NCBI GenBank assembly: GCA_963847445.1
Contig: CAWJZV010000007.1
Coordinates: 256,001-320,000, forward strand
Direction: 5' to 3'
Origin: an uncultured delta proteobacterium
GTDB lineage: Bacteria > Desulfobacterota > Binatia > UBA9968
DNA length: 64,000 nt
The notes beneath the pieces were generated by a model. That model saw nothing but the letters and a program-made list of their open reading frames with translations, did not search any database and was not told the DNA's origin. The position numbers and the translations under genes were made by a program. Of this stretch, positions 44,119 through 53,638 are shown one piece after another (position 1 is the first letter of the stretch; each line of letters opens with the position of its first letter).

Positions 44119-46250
44119 TCATCCAATTGGACTATGCGGCAGGTGCGCAACGGTTACCGGCAACCATTCAAACAGCGCGCCTTGGGGAAACGGCAGCTGC
44201 AACGCGTAATCGAACAAGCCGAAGAAAAACAACCAGCAGCAGCCGTGATCGCCAACGTCACCGGCCATCGTCTCACCGGCGCCGAATTTCAAGTAAAGAA
44301 ACGTCGCGATCGCCGAGGCCGGGATAAATCCGAGGATCCAAATGGCGATGAAAAAGCCGACGATCCAACAACCGATGGCGAAAGTGCGCTGTCGCTCGAC
44401 GATCGGCTCGATCTCGGGTTCGTCAGTATCGCGAACTGGCCGTCCACGATTTTGATTTCTCGGGTGGATGTCAGCGACTTCCTTGGCAGAGATGTAGAGC
44501 GCCAGCGACCAGGCACGGCACGCCGACCACCCAAGGGAATATTCCCGCGCGCGGCTCGAAGGCGCCGAAGCCGTACATCGCCTCGTAAACTACGTAGCTC
44601 ATGATCCCGACGATCAGCAGGGCAAAGACAGCGCCGGTTATGCGAGTCAGCAGCGGCACACGAACGATCCGCGTCACGGCGCACCTTCTTGCGCCGCCTC
44701 GGAGGTAGTCCGCGCTCTCGCTGCGTGCGTTTTGAACCAGACCCTGCAAGTAGGGATAAAGTGTGCCGAACAGAATGATCGCGCCGATGACCAGAACACC
44801 TGGGTGAAGGAGCCAACTGTAGCCGTAAATGCGACTGGCGATGAACAGATTGTTCTCGCGATCCCGCCGAAAACCAAGCCGAGCAATAGCGGCGGGCGCT
44901 GCCAGTCGAACTTGACCATGAACCAGCCGATCGTGCCGAAAAGCAGCACCAGCAGCATATCGCCGAAGCTGTTTTTAACCGCGAAGCCGCCGAGGTAGAT
45001 CAACAGCAGCAGAAGCGGGATCAAGTAACGTCCCTTTGATGAAGGTGATCTTGGCGAGCTGATTGAGGAAACAGAAAGCAGATCGCCACGGTGATGACAT
45101 TGGTGATGACGATGATCCAGACGAAGGACATGGTGAGGGTCAGATGCTTGGCCGGGTTGAGTAGATCCGGGCCGGGCACGATGCCTTGAATGATGAAGGC
45201 GCCGAGCAGGATCGCCATCGAGACGCTGCCGGGAACACCGAAGGCCAGCGTGGGAATCAACGAGCCGCCTTCTTTGGAATTGTTCGCTGCGCCGGGACCG
45301 AGAACGCCTTCGACGGCGCCTTTACCGAAGCGCTCTTTTCCGGGAGAGGTCTGCACCGCGTGGGCGTAAGCCAGCCACTGCGCCGGTCCGCCGCCCATGC
45401 CGGGAATCAGGCCGATGTAGGCGCCGATGCCGCTGCAGCGCAGCACGAGCTTCCAGTGACGGAAAGGTGTCCTTGACCCCTTCCATGACCCCGCCTAATT
45501 TGGTCGGCGCCCTATCGCCGGCGATGCTCGTGCCTTTGACGGCGAGATCGATGATCTCGGGAATCGCGAAGAGTCCGACGGTGACGGCAATGAGCGAGAT
45601 GCCGTCCCAAAGAAACAACGCGTTGTCTTCGCCCAACAGCCCTTCGAGGGTAAAACGCGGCACGCTTTCAATCGGATCGAGGCCGACCATCGCGAGCACC
45701 AGGCCGAGGCCGCCGGCCACCAGACCCTTGGGCACGTTCTCGCCGCTGAGGGACGCGACGAAAGTGATGCCGAGGAGCGCGAGCATGAAAAATTCCGCCG
45801 AGCCGATCGAGAGCACCAGCGGGGCTGACGATTGGAATCGCCAACGCCAGCATGAAGGCGCCGAACACCGCGCCGACCAGAGAGCTCATGAGCGCCGCGC
45901 CGAGCGCGCGTCCGGCTTCACCGTGCTTCGCCATCGGATGACCGTCGACAATGGTCGCGGCGGTGATCCCTTCGCCGGGAACACCGAACAGCACCGAGGT
46001 TATGTCTCCCGGTCGTCGCGGTCACGGCGTTGGAGCCCAGGAGGAAGGCAAACGCCGTGATCGGGTCCATGTTGTAGATAAACGGCAACATGAGCGCCAG
46101 GGTGGTGGCGCCGCCAAGACCGGGGAGGATGCCGACGGCGAAGCCGATCGCCATGCCGAGCATCATGTAAAGAAACGTCTCCGTGCCTTGCGCGGATAGC
46201 GGCAAGAACTTTATCAGCCCGTCGTTGAACGCGTTCAGGTACTCCAGCAT
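44119..46250 (-). CDS. tctA: TctA with apparently fused C-terminal TctB-like domain (multiple frameshifts)
   Basis: VGILPGLGG, LFGVPGE..ATIVDGHPMA, GAANNSKEGG, WQRPPLLLGLV, continuing to WIVGFFIAIWILGF...LFDYALQLPFPQGALF. No separate RBS or start was seen for the TctB part. Confidence 0.82.
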
Positions 46251-46334
46251 ATACCCTCCTCTAGCAGAGTTTGGGCGTCGGCTTAGCGTCGGTCCATCCG
46301 ATATTTCGCTTTGCTCAAACTGGTCGTGATTTCG

Positions 46335-47388
46335 TCAGTTCGTCTGCTTTCGCACGAGAAACTGCAGACCTTCTTTCGCCTTGGGCGAAATGTTCAGGAT
46401 ATCTTTGACCAAGCCCGTTGATTTCGTCGGCCGAGACATACTCCATCACCAGCTTCGACTTTTTCGCCTCGGCCTTGAACTCCGGATCTTCGAGGGTCGC
46501 TTTGAACGCTTTGCGCAGGATTTCGACTCGGTCTTTCGGAATTCCCGGCGGCGCCACATACGGGCGCTGGAATTCATATTGATTGATCCAGGCGTTGAAG
46601 AGCTGAACTCCGTCGCTGCCGCCTTTCGCTTTGATGTAGTCTCGAATGATCGGCACGTTGGCGACCTCGGGGTCCTCCCATTTCTTGTGATTGAGAATGG
46701 GAATGAGTTTTTGATCGCCGCTAGCGTCCAACATCGCTCGCGCCGTTACCCGCGCCGACTCCCATCCCCAGCAGCCGCCGTCGAGTTCCTTCGATCGCAT
46801 GGCGACCGTGATCAGCGAGGTGCCCTTGTAGCCGTTGATCACGTTGAACTTGGTGCCGACCGTCTGATTCAAGATCATCGGCAGGTCGTTGTAGGTCGAG
46901 CCCGCTCGCGTGGAGCCCATCTTGAGTTCCCTGCCGGAGCTGACGACTTCGTCTATGGACTTCAGACCGGTATGGGCCATGATGCTGCAGCTCGGCGATC
47001 CCTTGATCGGCGCACCGATCCAGTTGAGTTTGCTCCCATCCAACCGGACGGCCCGGTCGCCCAGCGCCTGATACAGAACATAGGCGCTGTTCCATACGCC
47101 GATGAACGTGCCGTCGCGGTCAGCTTTGTTGTAAGTGTAGTTGGCCGCAATCAGCCCGCCGGCGCCTTCCATGTTGTCGACGACGAAGCTCGGATTGCCC
47201 GGAATATGTTTGCCCATGTGGCGCGCGATGATGCGCGCATAGGTGTCATAGCCGCCGCCGGCGGCCAAGCCCACGGTGACGCGAATCGTTTTACCGGCGT
47301 AAAAATCCGCAGCCGCCGCTTGCTGGGTGCCCCCCGCCGCCAGAATTCCGGTGATGGCCAATGGCAGCAATAATTTTCCATAATTCAT
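46335..47388 (-). CDS. TTT substrate-binding protein (TctC/Bug family)
   Basis: FYAGKTIRVTVGLAAGGGYDTY, HIPGNP, PPGIPKDRV; C-terminal frameshift. Confidence 0.9.
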
Positions 47389-47418
47389 AATCAGTCCTCC
47401 TCACTATCAATACTGGAG

Positions 47419-48432
47419 TTAAAACTTGCTCATCGTAGATCCGCCGTAGAGTTTTTCGAGAAATCCGCTTTGCTTGAGTTTTTTGACGAAGCGCAGGTCG
47501 ACAAAATTTTCCGCCTTCGCGCTGCCTGCTTTTGGGTCCCAATTGGCCTGGACTGCTAGTGTATCGTTTAGCCCTTCCAACGTAGGATGAGTGTCTTCTT
47601 GCAAAAGCTCGCTGTAAGCCGACCAAGAGCCTTCCAGAACCTCGGCTTTCTGCCCGCGGGTATACTTGGACATGATCTTGATGGTTTCCCGCTTGTTGTG
47701 CTTAAAAAAATGCACCGCCTCGGCCACCGCCTTGACCAGGTTCTCGACGGTCTGGGGGCGCCGCTGAATCAGCGCTGTCGACGCCACCGCGCAGGAGAAT
47801 TGAAACGGGATTTTCAATTTGGCCATGTCGACGATGAGCTTTAGTCCTGCCGTCTCACCGAGAATTTTTCCTGAATCGGTGACCATGGTAAAATCCACCT
47901 GCCCATTGATCACCGCCGCAACCCGCGCCGTTGCGCCGCCGATCATAACCGCTTGGATATCTTTGTAGTCGATGCCGAATTTGCGCAGCGCCAAGCGCAC
48001 GGCGAAGTCGGCGGACGTGCCCGGGATGTGGCTGGCGGCGGTGCGACCCTTGAGGTCTTCCGGTGATTTAATCTCGGGCTTGCCGATGATGTAGTAGGGA
48101 AGGGTATTGACAAGACTGTTGACGATCACAACGTCGCCGCCGGCTAATTTACCGTTGATCGCCGAAGTCCCCACCGCGCCGGCGAAGTCTATGTCGCCGG
48201 CGATCATGCTCTGGACTCCCCGCGTGCTGCCGTTGATAAATATCAGCTCGGTATCCAGGCCGTACTTCTTGAACATCCCGGCTTCCTTGGCGATCCAGTA
48301 GGGCGCCGAGGACCCTGGGGAATCCGAGATGTAAGCGAAACGCACCTTGTCCGCTGCCAGAGCATTACCCTGAAAACCGAATAATGTGGCGAGCATGGCA
48401 ACGCCCACGAGCATCGCATTTTTATTCATCAC
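47419..48432 (-). CDS. NMT1/SsuA-like substrate-binding protein directly upstream of the TTT genes
   Basis: APYWIAKEAGMFKKYGLD, DLKGR, FVDLRFVKKL. Confidence 0.88.
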   Translation of the reverse strand: MMNKNAMLVGVAMLATLFGFQGNALAADKVRFAYISDSPGSSAPYWIAKEAGMFKKYGLDTELIFINGSTRGVQSMIAGDIDFAGAVGTSAINGKLAGGDVVIVNSLVNTLPYYIIGKPEIKSPEDLKGRTAASHIPGTSADFAVRLALRKFGIDYKDIQAVMIGGATARVAAVINGQVDFTMVTDSGKILGETAGLKLIVDMAKLKIPFQFSCAVASTALIQRRPQTVENLVKAVAEAVHFFKHNKRETIKIMSKYTRGQKAEVLEGSWSAYSELLQEDTHPTLEGLNDTLAVQANWDPKAGSAKAENFVDLRFVKKLKQSGFLEKLYGGSTMSKF

Positions 48433-48735
48433 GCCTCCTTTTTTTTGGCCGGCAGATCGACTCTAATATTGCCCACGGACTGGGTCACGTTTATGATCAG
48501 TCGCCGCATACGTCGTTGATTCCATCTCCATTTCCCCGACACTTGTGTTCACGCACTCAGTGAATCCCAAAGATCTCCCGAAACAAGCTGACTGATTTTT
48601 GAAAATTGACATGGCTATCCGGCCTATCGACGAAAATTATCACTCGGCTGTATCGACAAAATCTTATCCAAAGACGATTAAAGTCCGCGCCTGTTACGAT
48701 GCCCAACCTCAACCTTGGCCCACCCACGCGCACTT

Positions 48736-49197
48736 TCAGTCGCCGCGTAGAAAATAGCTGTTCTTACCGCCTTCGCGCAGATGGATATCTCTGACGATGA
48801 CGATCCGACGGGCGAAACGCGCCAAAATCGTGTAGCTGCCGGGCGGCAGTTGAATAAAAAATGATGGCGCACGAACAGCAATTTGCTCGACCCTGCTGCC
48901 GTCATTGGGTGCGATCAGCAACCAAACTTGCGAAGCGAAAACTCCCGATCTGCGGGCAAAGAATAATCTGAGGTTGTACGGCGCGGAGGCGCGCTCCATG
49001 GCTTGCTTTTCATCGAAGCTAATGCCCCCGGCGAGGTAGGGATGGCCCGCCGGCGTATGCGCTTTGATCAAGTTCGCCTCTGGATACTGTGGCTTGCGGC
49101 CGCTGCTTGGGCTGGGGCCGGAGGCTGCGAGAAGTACGATCAAGGCCAGCGCCAATCGTTGCCAAAATCCGCGACCGAGTTTTTCCTGGTTCATCAC
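48736..49197 (-). CDS. Secreted hypothetical protein (carboxypeptidase-regulatory-like/transthyretin-like beta-sandwich)
   Basis: Signal peptide; PYLAGGISFDEKQAM...YNLRLFFA...LPPGSYTILA. Confidence 0.6.
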   Translation of the reverse strand: MMNQEKLGRGFWQRLALALIVLLAASGPSPSSGRKPQYPEANLIKAHTPAGHPYLAGGISFDEKQAMERASAPYNLRLFFARRSGVFASQVWLLIAPNDGSRVEQIAVRAPSFFIQLPPGSYTILARFARRIVIVRDIHLREGGKNSYFLRGD

Positions 49198-49577
49198 CGT
49201 TCCTGTACCTCAGACGACGACGCCCGTTGTCTGCTCAGAAAATCCGGCTCACGCAAGCGTTTTTGCAGCTCCCGGCGCGTCATGACCTCGCTGCCTGCGA
49301 TCTGATGATCAAGCAGCAGGCGAAGAAACCGTTTGGAGGTTTTAACTCCGTGCTGCAATAGCACGATAATTTTGGCGGCGGGGCATAAGTCTCTGAGGTT
49401 AAAAATGGTTTCGGCGACGTTTAGCAGCGAATGCTGTGACAGCATCAACGCGCCGTCGAGCGCTTGGTGGCGGGCAATATCCAGTGCGGTCTCTCGATTT
49501 CCGGCGCACAAGACCTCATACCCCGCGGCCTGAAAACGTCTCTCTAAAACATGATTACGATCCACGCCGATCAGCAT
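49194..49577 (-). CDS. Degenerate receiver-domain-like protein
   Basis: AAGYEVLCAGNRETALDIARHQALDGAL...LRDLCPAAKIIVL follows the CheY pattern but the phospho-site Asp and conserved Lys are not evident. Confidence 0.55.
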   Translation of the reverse strand: MLIGVDRNHVLERRFQAAGYEVLCAGNRETALDIARHQALDGALMLSQHSLLNVAETIFNLRDLCPAAKIIVLLQHGVKTSKRFLRLLLDHQIAGSEVMTRRELQKRLREPDFLSRQRASSSEVQER

Positions 49578-49699
49578 GATCTTTCCGCGTCGGATGCGCG
49601 CGGACGTAATCCAGTCAGCGAGTTTTTTCCGACCGGCGCTCCCCCAGCGCGGGCTTCATCGTAAAAATGTCCTCCGTGTTAGCGCCGAGTCGGCGCTCG

Positions 49700-50132
49700 C
49701 TAGACCGATATCCTTGGGTCACGCAGCCTGCGTCGATATCGAAGCGGCTCGCGGATGCGCCTTTGCGGACCATTGCCTCTGGTGCTTTCCATGGCGCCGC
49801 GCCAGCGCGTCAATCCTTTGCGCAAATAACTCGGATCGAGTTGTAACGCCTCGCAAACATGCTCGAAGGAATAGAGAGTTCTGACCGTTGCCGCCAAAAA
49901 TCCATGCCTCGGCCTCTTGGAAGATCTTGCGGCAACGCCGGCTCTTGGCACCGGCGTATTTTTGCAGACTCTCAATCGCGTTGGTCAAAACCGCGAACAT
50001 CAGCCTCATTTCCGGCAGCAAGTGATCGCGTCGCTGAAAGGTCGTCGAATATTCAAACGATGTCAGGACATCCGGTTCCAGATAAGTGTTAATTCTAAAT
50101 GGTTGGGCGGTGCGGCGTGCTGTTGATTCCAT
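49700..50132 (-). CDS. Hypothetical helical protein (frameshift near 49875)
   Basis: PEMRLMFAVLTNAIESLQKY...FQEAEAWIF...YSFEHVCEALQLDPSYLRKGL; GGGAG RBS. Confidence 0.7.
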
Positions 50133-50158
50133 TAACTCCCCCTGTGTCGATGCGCTGG

Positions 50159-50175
50159 AGCAAGAACCAAACCAG
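50159..50175 (-). promoter_or_regulatory. Putative sigma-54 promoter
   Basis: CTGGTTTGGTTCTTGCT = GG-N10-GC with TTGC; 27 bp upstream of the 50132 start and next to a sigma-54 activator gene. Confidence 0.6.
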
Positions 50176-50288
50176 CGGCGGAAGCTATGGAAAAGTAATC
50201 ACTATTGGGTCTAAAGACGGATTAATAGAGTGCCGGTGATCAGTTGTCGTGCCGGTTCTTCACACTCAGCAGTAGAAACCGCAGATCG

Positions 50289-50402
50289 TGTAAACAAGAT
50301 GCACACAAAGCGCCACTCATTGCCGCCAAACAAAAAGAAACGGCTGTAGGTTTAGAAACTTAGATGAGCTTTATGTGGAGGGCACTGCGCAAAAAATGCA
50401 CA
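50289..50402. promoter_or_regulatory. Two 17-bp enhancer-like boxes
   Basis: TGTAAACAAGATGCACA (50289-50305) and TGCGCAAAAAATGCACA (50386-50402). Confidence 0.5.
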
Positions 50403-50403
50403 G

Positions 50404-51766
50404 TCAGGACAAATGATGTCTGTCCATCTTGTTATAAAGCGCGCGCCGGCTGATGCCGAGTACCGATGCGGCTTGTTTTTTGTTGCCGTTTACCGAAGCG
50501 AGGGTTAGCTGGATAAGTTCTTTTTCGACGGCGCCAAGGGTTAGTCCGACTGATAAGGAGCACGAGAGTGCGCTGCTGCGGCTGCCGAGAACCGATAGGT
50601 TCTTGATTCGTTGCGGCACCAGATCCGGCGTGAGATTTTTGCCGTCGGCCATAAGCACGGCGGTCTGTATGACGTTTTTCAACTCGCGGACGTTGCCAGG
50701 CCAGGAATAATGGCGTAACAAGCGATAGGTTTCTGGCGCGACCTGATCAATTTCTTTGCCGTAGAGCTTGGCAAATACCGTGACGAAGTGGTCGGTGAGC
50801 ACGGTCACAGCGCCGGGACGATCGCGCAATGAGGGCACGGCGATATGAAAAACATTCAAGCGATAAAAAAGATCCTCGCGAAAGCGTTTTTCGGCGACAC
50901 TCTTGTCGAGATCTTCGTTGGCGGCGGCAATGATTCGAACGTCGGCGGCAATAGTCTTAACGCCGCCGACCCGGCGGAACGATTTTTCCTCCAAGACGCG
51001 CAGCAAACTGATTTGCGTCTTGGCATCCATGGTGGCGATCTCATCGAGAAATACCGTGCCGCCATGGGCTTGCTCGAAGATCCCAGGACGGGAATCCTGC
51101 GCTCCGGTATAGGCGCCCCGTTCATGGCCGAAAATTTCACTGGCAATGAGTTCAGGGGCCATGGCTCCCGTGTTAATCGCGACGAACGGCTGGTCCTTGC
51201 GCCGGCTCCGCTTATGGATGCCAGCGGCAAGAAGATCTTTGCCGGTTCCAGTCTCGCCGGTGATAAGTATAGGAACATCGACGTTCGCCGCTTCCATGGC
51301 GCGCCGCACCACCGCGCGCATGGGTAAACTAACGGTGATCATGCCCTCGAATTCGATCGGAATATCGGACAGCGTTTCGGCTGGCAGGCGGCCATTCCTG
51401 CGGGGACTGACAAGGAAGAAAGCGCTCGACTAGCCGCAGCCACTCGTGTTCGTCGGATGGCTCTTTTTCGAAGTGTACGTTGCTACACGGAGGCCGAAAA
51501 CCAAGCGGTTCGTCGCCGCTTGTTAAAACGACAACCTTGGTTCTCGCGCCTTTCGGCGCAAGGGACGTAAGCGTGTTGCGCAGATCACTGAGCTCGCTTA
51601 AAGAGTATGCCGACGCACGCCATAGAACTAAATCGAATTTGTGACCGTTGAGTTTCTCCCGAGCCGCGCTCAAACATGGCACTGATGTCACGTTCACGGC
51701 TTCCGCAATTAGGTGAAGTGAGCGGGGAAACCCTTGTTCAGACGCGATAACGAGTATGCAGGCCAT
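50404..51766 (-). CDS. Sigma-54-dependent transcriptional activator (NtrC/Fis family) with atypical N-terminal domain; frameshift near 51345
   Basis: GETGTGKD, SEIFGHERGAYTGA, FLDEI, RFREDLFYRLNV, WPGNVREL, Fis HTH; N-terminal receiver-like part lacks the canonical Asp. Confidence 0.92.
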
Positions 51767-51802
51767 ACATTTCTCGAAAGGGTTATGTCTATCACGAAGC
51801 TT

Positions 51803-52010
51803 TATACTACGACTTAAGACCTAGTATAGCCATGTACTACTACGACTTATGATTATGGTAAACGCATATGCAAAAACCACCTTCGGTGCTAGCTGATATA
51901 CTCAAAAATGTTATTTTGCAAGAGTTTTAGCGTATTATTCGTATCTGGCACCAATAATTTAAAGCTGGAAGTGACGTCTAAGCCAAATCTACGACTATAG
52001 TCTTAGATTT
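51803..52010. promoter_or_regulatory. Three related operator-like palindromes in the AT-rich region upstream of the activator gene
   Basis: CTACGACTTAAGACCTAG (51807), CTACGACTTATGATTATG (51840), AAATCTACGACTATAGTCTTAGATTT (51985-52010). Confidence 0.6.
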
Positions 52011-52071
52011 ATCTAGCTTTTAAATCTTCGTGATAATCGCGAATGAAGATGAATTCTTCGCATCGGTCGAT

Positions 52072-53593
52072 TTACCACTGTGTTGCTTTGTCAAGGACTG
52101 CTGATTCCGAGGAATTCCCTCGTGAGTTGACTATTTGTCGGATCAGCTCAGCGAGGATTTTTCGATATGCGCGCCGGTCTCTGTCGCGGTAAAAAACCCG
52201 ATGGGACGGCATTTCAAAGTGAAGACTACTCTTGGCTAGACTCAGTATCCCGTGATCTTTCGCGGCCCAGGCGCCAATGGCGACCTGGTCGACCGGTTCG
52301 ATCACGAGATTTACCTTCGCCGACACCAGGAAACTTGCGGAGCACTTGGCCACGGATCTGCGCATAAGCCGTCTTGATCGCCTGGGCCTCCGACCGGGTA
52401 ATCCCGACTGTCGCCACATCGATGTCGTCGAACTCGCCGTTCTGGTGCATATCGATATACAAATCCAGCGGTCCACGAGCCGCTTTAAAGACCGCAGCCG
52501 AATAGCGCTGGTAAACTTCTCCCGCACGTACGGTAATGCGCTCGATGGTATCCGTCGGATAGCGGCGCTCGCTCGGCCGATTGACATTGATACGCCACCC
52601 GCCGCACTCGGTGGGCGTAAAGCCTCGCGCGATCACCGCCGGGAGCGAAGTCCGATAACTGAGCTCTTCGACCAACTCGCCGGTGTACCAATCGAAACTG
52701 CCGTGAGGCGCCCCGATGACGATCCCGCGCCGATCGTTGCGCGCGGCGATCGAGTCGATACGGCCAAGCGGCATCTGCGTGACGTCGATTTCTTGGCGCG
52801 GTGGCCGGTCGCCTGTCGAAATTGATCTAGCCTCGTTTACCCAGGCGGCTAAAATATTCTGGTACACCGCCCGGACTGGGTCATCCGTGAGCACGCTCGG
52901 CAGCCGTAGGATCAAGCCTCGTCGTGCCAGCATCAAGACACCATGGTTCTTCACGCCGTCGCTGTTCCAGGAAATATCGTCCAACGGATTGAGCGCGATT
53001 TCCACGCGGGGCAGATCCCGCGTAGCGATCATTCGGTCGCGAATCTGCGCGTAGGTCGATTTCAAAACCTTGAGCTGTTCAAACGTAAGGCCTGCCGAAG
53101 CGACTTCGATGCGCTGAGCAGGGTTGGAACTATTAGCGGCGCGCACGCCGACGTAAAACTCAATCGGCCCATCGACGGTGGAACCCAGCAGCGCGCGAAA
53201 TTCCGCGTAAACACTGCCTCGACCCACACCATTCGCCGCCGACCAAGAGATTGGACTCCGTTGAACGAGAGGCTGTGAAACTGGAATCCCTTTAATCTCG
53301 AAGTCGTAAGCAGCCACTAGACCCGCGTCCATATGATCACGAATCGCGTCGGCGTATGCGATCGCGGTCGGTTCGGTGCCGGCCCGCGGCACGCCAATCA
53401 CAGCGCGTTTAAGGTGGGGAGGGGAATTGCGAAATTCGAAATAGCCCAGATCGCCGATTGTTTGTCTCTGGAGCGGCTGCAGGAGGCTACAGCCGCTCCA
53501 GAGTATTAGAGTCACCGCGACAACCAATCCCCGGGAGGCTCCGGAGATCGGCCAGTAGTACGTCACGGGCTCCCGGGTCATGATCAGACGCAT
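52072..53593 (-). CDS. Hypothetical lipoprotein with two tandem putative Zn-hydrolase-like domains (frameshift near 52320)
   Basis: Lipobox-like LWSGC; domain 2 IVIGAPHGSFD..INVNRP..LYIDMHQN..LHFE; domain 1 is a degenerate counterpart. Confidence 0.6.
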
Positions 53594-53638
53594 GGAACGG
53601 CCACCCCGGCGGTTTTTCAGTCATGAGTTGCACAAATC

